In this document: one piece after another, positions 61,852-64,000 of the stretch
Numbering within the stretch: the stretch's first letter is position 1
Layout: every line of letters starts with the position of its first letter
Notes under the pieces: model-generated
Seen by the model: only the letters and a program-made list of their open reading frames with translations
Databases searched by the model: none
Told to the model about the DNA's origin: nothing
Origin: Patescibacteria group bacterium
GTDB taxonomy: Bacteria; Patescibacteriota; Minisyncoccia; Minisyncoccales; Staskawiczbacteraceae
Length of the DNA stretch: 64,000 nucleotides
Assembly: GCA_018895235.1 (NCBI GenBank)
Contig: JAHIOM010000014.1
Span: forward strand, 5,203 to 69,202
Direction of reading: 5' to 3'
Translations under genes and position numbers: made by a program

Positions 61852-62883
61852 TCAGCGAGTTCCGGTTTCTTTTAAAACCTTACTGCCCTGCTCTTTTATT
61901 ATCAATTCTACTTTTTCCTTTGTTACTCCATTTGTGCAGCCTGTTTCTAGAGAAGCGGCGGCACCTGTAGCCTGAGCAAATAAAAGCATTTCTATCAACT
62001 CTTCTCGACTGAAATCGCTAAATTTATTCCATTTAAGTAACTTATAAACGATACCAGCACAAAATGCATCGCCACATCCCGTAGGATCAATCCAGTCAAC
62101 CTTAAAAGCTGGCTGAAAAATTTCTATATTTTTAGTAATTAACCTAGCTCCTTTTTCTCCTTCAGTAATAAATAAAAATTCCTTTACTATGCCCTTTAAA
62201 TCTCTAACAGCCTCCTCTATGGTATTTTTCCCAGTAATTTTCATTGCTTCTCCGGTATTACAATGAATGGCATTAGCTTCGCTAACTGCCGGTAAGATAT
62301 AATCCCAATCTTTTTTATATGGGCGACAAACATCCAAAAGTATAAATGTTTTTTTCATCTCCCTAAATATAGAGTCTATTGTTAAATCTATTCCAGAATA
62401 GCCAGGTCGAACGCAAAATACTTTTGGCCTAGTTTCCTTTAAAACTTTTTTTAAAAATGATGGGGATAATTCCGAGCTTGCTCCAGGACTAACATGGAAT
62501 CTTCGATCTTCATTTCTTACTACTAAAACCATATCTGTTGTAGTATGCCTTTCTGTTTTTTGAATGAAAGTCTTAACGCCAAAGTCCTTGATTGTGCTTT
62601 CTAAAAAATCTCCGAAAATATCTTTTCCCAAGCCAATTACTGTTCCTAATTGCGCCGGATTAATTCCTAATTGTGCCAGGTCAATTACAATGTTACCTGG
62701 AAAACCTCCATTCTTTAAAGAGATATCGGTATCCACATAAATCATTTCGCCTGGTTCTGCGATTTTTGGAAGATTGGCGGCAACAATATCGGCACTAATC
62801 ATCCCCGAAGTAATTACCAATAATCCATCTTTCTTCCTAAGATTATTTTTTGTATTTTGATCTTCTTTATATTTTTTATTCAT
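61852..62883 (-). CDS. PfkB-family carbohydrate kinase
   Basis: C-terminal DPTGCGDAFCAG PfkB signature. Confidence 0.8.
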   Translation of the reverse strand: MNKKYKEDQNTKNNLRKKDGLLVITSGMISADIVAANLPKIAEPGEMIYVDTDISLKNGGFPGNIVIDLAQLGINPAQLGTVIGLGKDIFGDFLESTIKDFGVKTFIQKTERHTTTDMVLVVRNEDRRFHVSPGASSELSPSFLKKVLKETRPKVFCVRPGYSGIDLTIDSIFREMKKTFILLDVCRPYKKDWDYILPAVSEANAIHCNTGEAMKITGKNTIEEAVRDLKGIVKEFLFITEGEKGARLITKNIEIFQPAFKVDWIDPTGCGDAFCAGIVYKLLKWNKFSDFSREELIEMLLFAQATGAAASLETGCTNGVTKEKVELIIKEQGSKVLKETGTR

Positions 62884-62899
62884 AATCTTGATTATTTAA

Positions 62900-63490
62900 T
62901 TTTACCAATGACCTCCTCCCCGCCCTCCCTGGGGGTCGGAGCGGGGTTTCCTTTCGTGTCATGAGAGTTCTCCAGTTAAATCAATCCCTCGGTCGAAGTT
63001 ATTCTGTCTTTCGATGTATTTTCTAATGTTCGCCTCATTGAGTCCAACAGTAGATACAAAATATCCAGTGCCCCAGATGCCTTTATCGTCGTACATTTTT
63101 GAAACAAAGTCGAACCTTTCGCGAAGATAAATACTGGTTTGGGATTTTACCACAGAGACAACGAAGGATATTGAGTATTTTGGTGGTATTTCCATCAAAA
63201 GATGGACATGGTCATCGCCAGTATTTATCTTCGCGAAATACCAATCTGGGTATTTCTTTTGTATTTGGTAGAGTCTTTTTACCAGTTCCTCTCGGACATA
63301 ATGTTTCAAAAATTTACGACGGTAAAGAGTGCCCCAAACCAAGTGGTATTCTGTCTGGTATACGCTGTGATTTAACTGTCGAACCCTCATGCTAACAGCA
63401 TACCACACCGCGGTGTGGTATGCCCATTCATCCCCGCCCTCGGCGGACTCTGAAGCGTTTCAACGCCTCAGGCGGGGTTTCCTGTAAGGA
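62900..63490 (-). mobile_element. IS200/IS605-family element (tnpA only)
   Basis: The Y1 transposase gene is flanked by imperfect palindromes. Both ends share TCCCCGCCCTC...GCGGGGTTTCCT. The right end also has ATACCACAC CGCG GTGTGGTAT. Confidence 0.7.
62959..63408 (-). CDS. tnpA: IS200-type Y1 (HUH) transposase
   Basis: YHLVWGTLYRRKFL, DDHVHLLMEIPPKYS (HUH) and GTGYFVSTVG (catalytic Tyr region). Confidence 0.85.
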   Translation of the reverse strand: MWYAVSMRVRQLNHSVYQTEYHLVWGTLYRRKFLKHYVREELVKRLYQIQKKYPDWYFAKINTGDDHVHLLMEIPPKYSISFVVSVVKSQTSIYLRERFDFVSKMYDDKGIWGTGYFVSTVGLNEANIRKYIERQNNFDRGIDLTGELS

Positions 63491-63493
63491 AAT

Positions 63494-63523
63494 AAAAAAC
63501 CACCTCAATTAAAAGGCGGCTTT
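63494..63523 (-). terminator. Conserved terminator module (degenerate) after the 80-aa gene
   Basis: AAAAAACCACCTCAATTAAAAGGCGGCTTT. Directly abuts the IS200 right end. Confidence 0.5.
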
Positions 63524-63544
63524 AACAAAATCTATTATATAAAA

Positions 63545-63787
63545 TTAATATGGAAGTTTTATTCCTAATTTGTCAGCAACTAAATGCAACCATTTTTCGT
63601 GCCTATCAATTTTCTGCGACAACATTAACATTTCTTGAAAATATGCGTCAGCTTTTTCGGCGTACTTATCAACAGCGGTCATTAAATTCTGGATATCAAC
63701 TTTGTCTGCCTTGGTTTCTAATACTTTCTCAATTTTCGTAAAACGTTCGTCTAAATATGTAATTAACTCTGAAGAATCTTCTGCCAT
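63545..63787 (-). CDS. Small helical protein (80 aa), paralog of 55099..55335
   Basis: See 55099..55335. Confidence 0.65.
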   Translation of the reverse strand: MAEDSSELITYLDERFTKIEKVLETKADKVDIQNLMTAVDKYAEKADAYFQEMLMLSQKIDRHEKWLHLVADKLGIKLPY

Positions 63788-63795
63788 ATATTTTT

Positions 63796-63823
63796 ATTAT
63801 ATACCCACTAAAAATAGTGTCAA
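63796..63823 (-). promoter_or_regulatory. Consensus sigma-70 promoter; probably leaderless mRNA
   Basis: Minus strand: TTGACA, 16 nt, TATAAT, 8 nt, ATG. Same geometry as 55344..55371. Confidence 0.75.
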
Positions 63824-63829
63824 ATAAAT

Positions 63830-63925
63830 GCGCGGGCAGTGGGACGCAGTTCGAACTTGGTTCTGGGAGAACTTCCCGGCGATAGAGTCGATCCGGATTG
63901 TATTGGAAACTTAAGTAAATATCTC
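63830..63925 (-). repeat. GCGCGGG-element, type A copy
   Basis: GCGCGGGCAGTGGGACGCAGTTCGAACTTGGTTCTGGGAGAACTTCCCGGCGATAGAGTCGATCCGG... Confidence 0.7.
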
Positions 63926-64000
63926 TCCGCGAATAAATGATGTTTGGACCCTGGGTTAGCTAAAAATAAAGGGGGAATTGGAAAAATTGAGTTTGCTATA

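Noticed and set aside
32865-63925. GCGCGGG elements as a CRISPR array
   Set aside because: Copies are 0.5-9 kb apart and separated by ordinary genes. Unit length is 80-340 nt, there are three sequence types, and there is no regular repeat-spacer periodicity and no cas genes.

Overview
AT-rich, tightly packed bacterial chromosome segment. Proteins are small and about 80 percent of genes lie on the minus strand. The style resembles a reduced-genome Candidate Phyla Radiation / Patescibacteria-like organism, but that is an inference from gene content and composition; no database search was possible. Bases 1-32.5 kb are mostly housekeeping: a LeuRS-like fragment, tRNA-Val, valS, dnaE, thrS, miaB-miaA, gatB, thyX, two tmk paralogs, nfo, dCMP deaminase, secE-nusG-rplK, gyrB and pheST. 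Bases 32.5-64 kb are accessory-rich: Nudix hydrolases, a HigBA-like TA pair, an SPFH protein, a plus-strand glycosyltransferase island, a roughly 6.5 kb island of small membrane-anchored proteins headed by a phage terminase small subunit, a GHKL-ATPase/STAS-like pair, trpS plus a TrpRS-like paralog, and an IS200-type element. Four things stand out. (1) dnaE is interrupted twice. A free-standing LAGLIDADG gene splits it into two translationally coupled ORFs and is accompanied by a decayed duplication of the flanking DnaE segment. A separate intein in the FQLE/SSGM motif carries a PD-(D/E)xK-like nuclease rather than a LAGLIDADG or HNH nuclease. (2) A co-oriented, modular, GC-rich intergenic element (GCGCGGG...GTTCGAAC core on the plus strand) is present in at least 13 copies between 32.8 and 63.9 kb and absent from the first 32 kb. 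It usually sits between a -10-like box and a sequence-conserved intrinsic terminator, which fits a multi-copy small-RNA gene or MITE-like family that I could not assign to any known RNA class. (3) There are several structured leaders with terminator-like hairpins: upstream of the tmk2-nfo-radical SAM operon, upstream of pheST, and a GC-rich one upstream of gatB. (4) Several genes have near-consensus promoters 7-8 nt from the ATG and are probably leaderless. All calls rest on hand translation, motif recognition and manual hairpin inspection. RNA element boundaries are approximate (about +/-5-10 nt).
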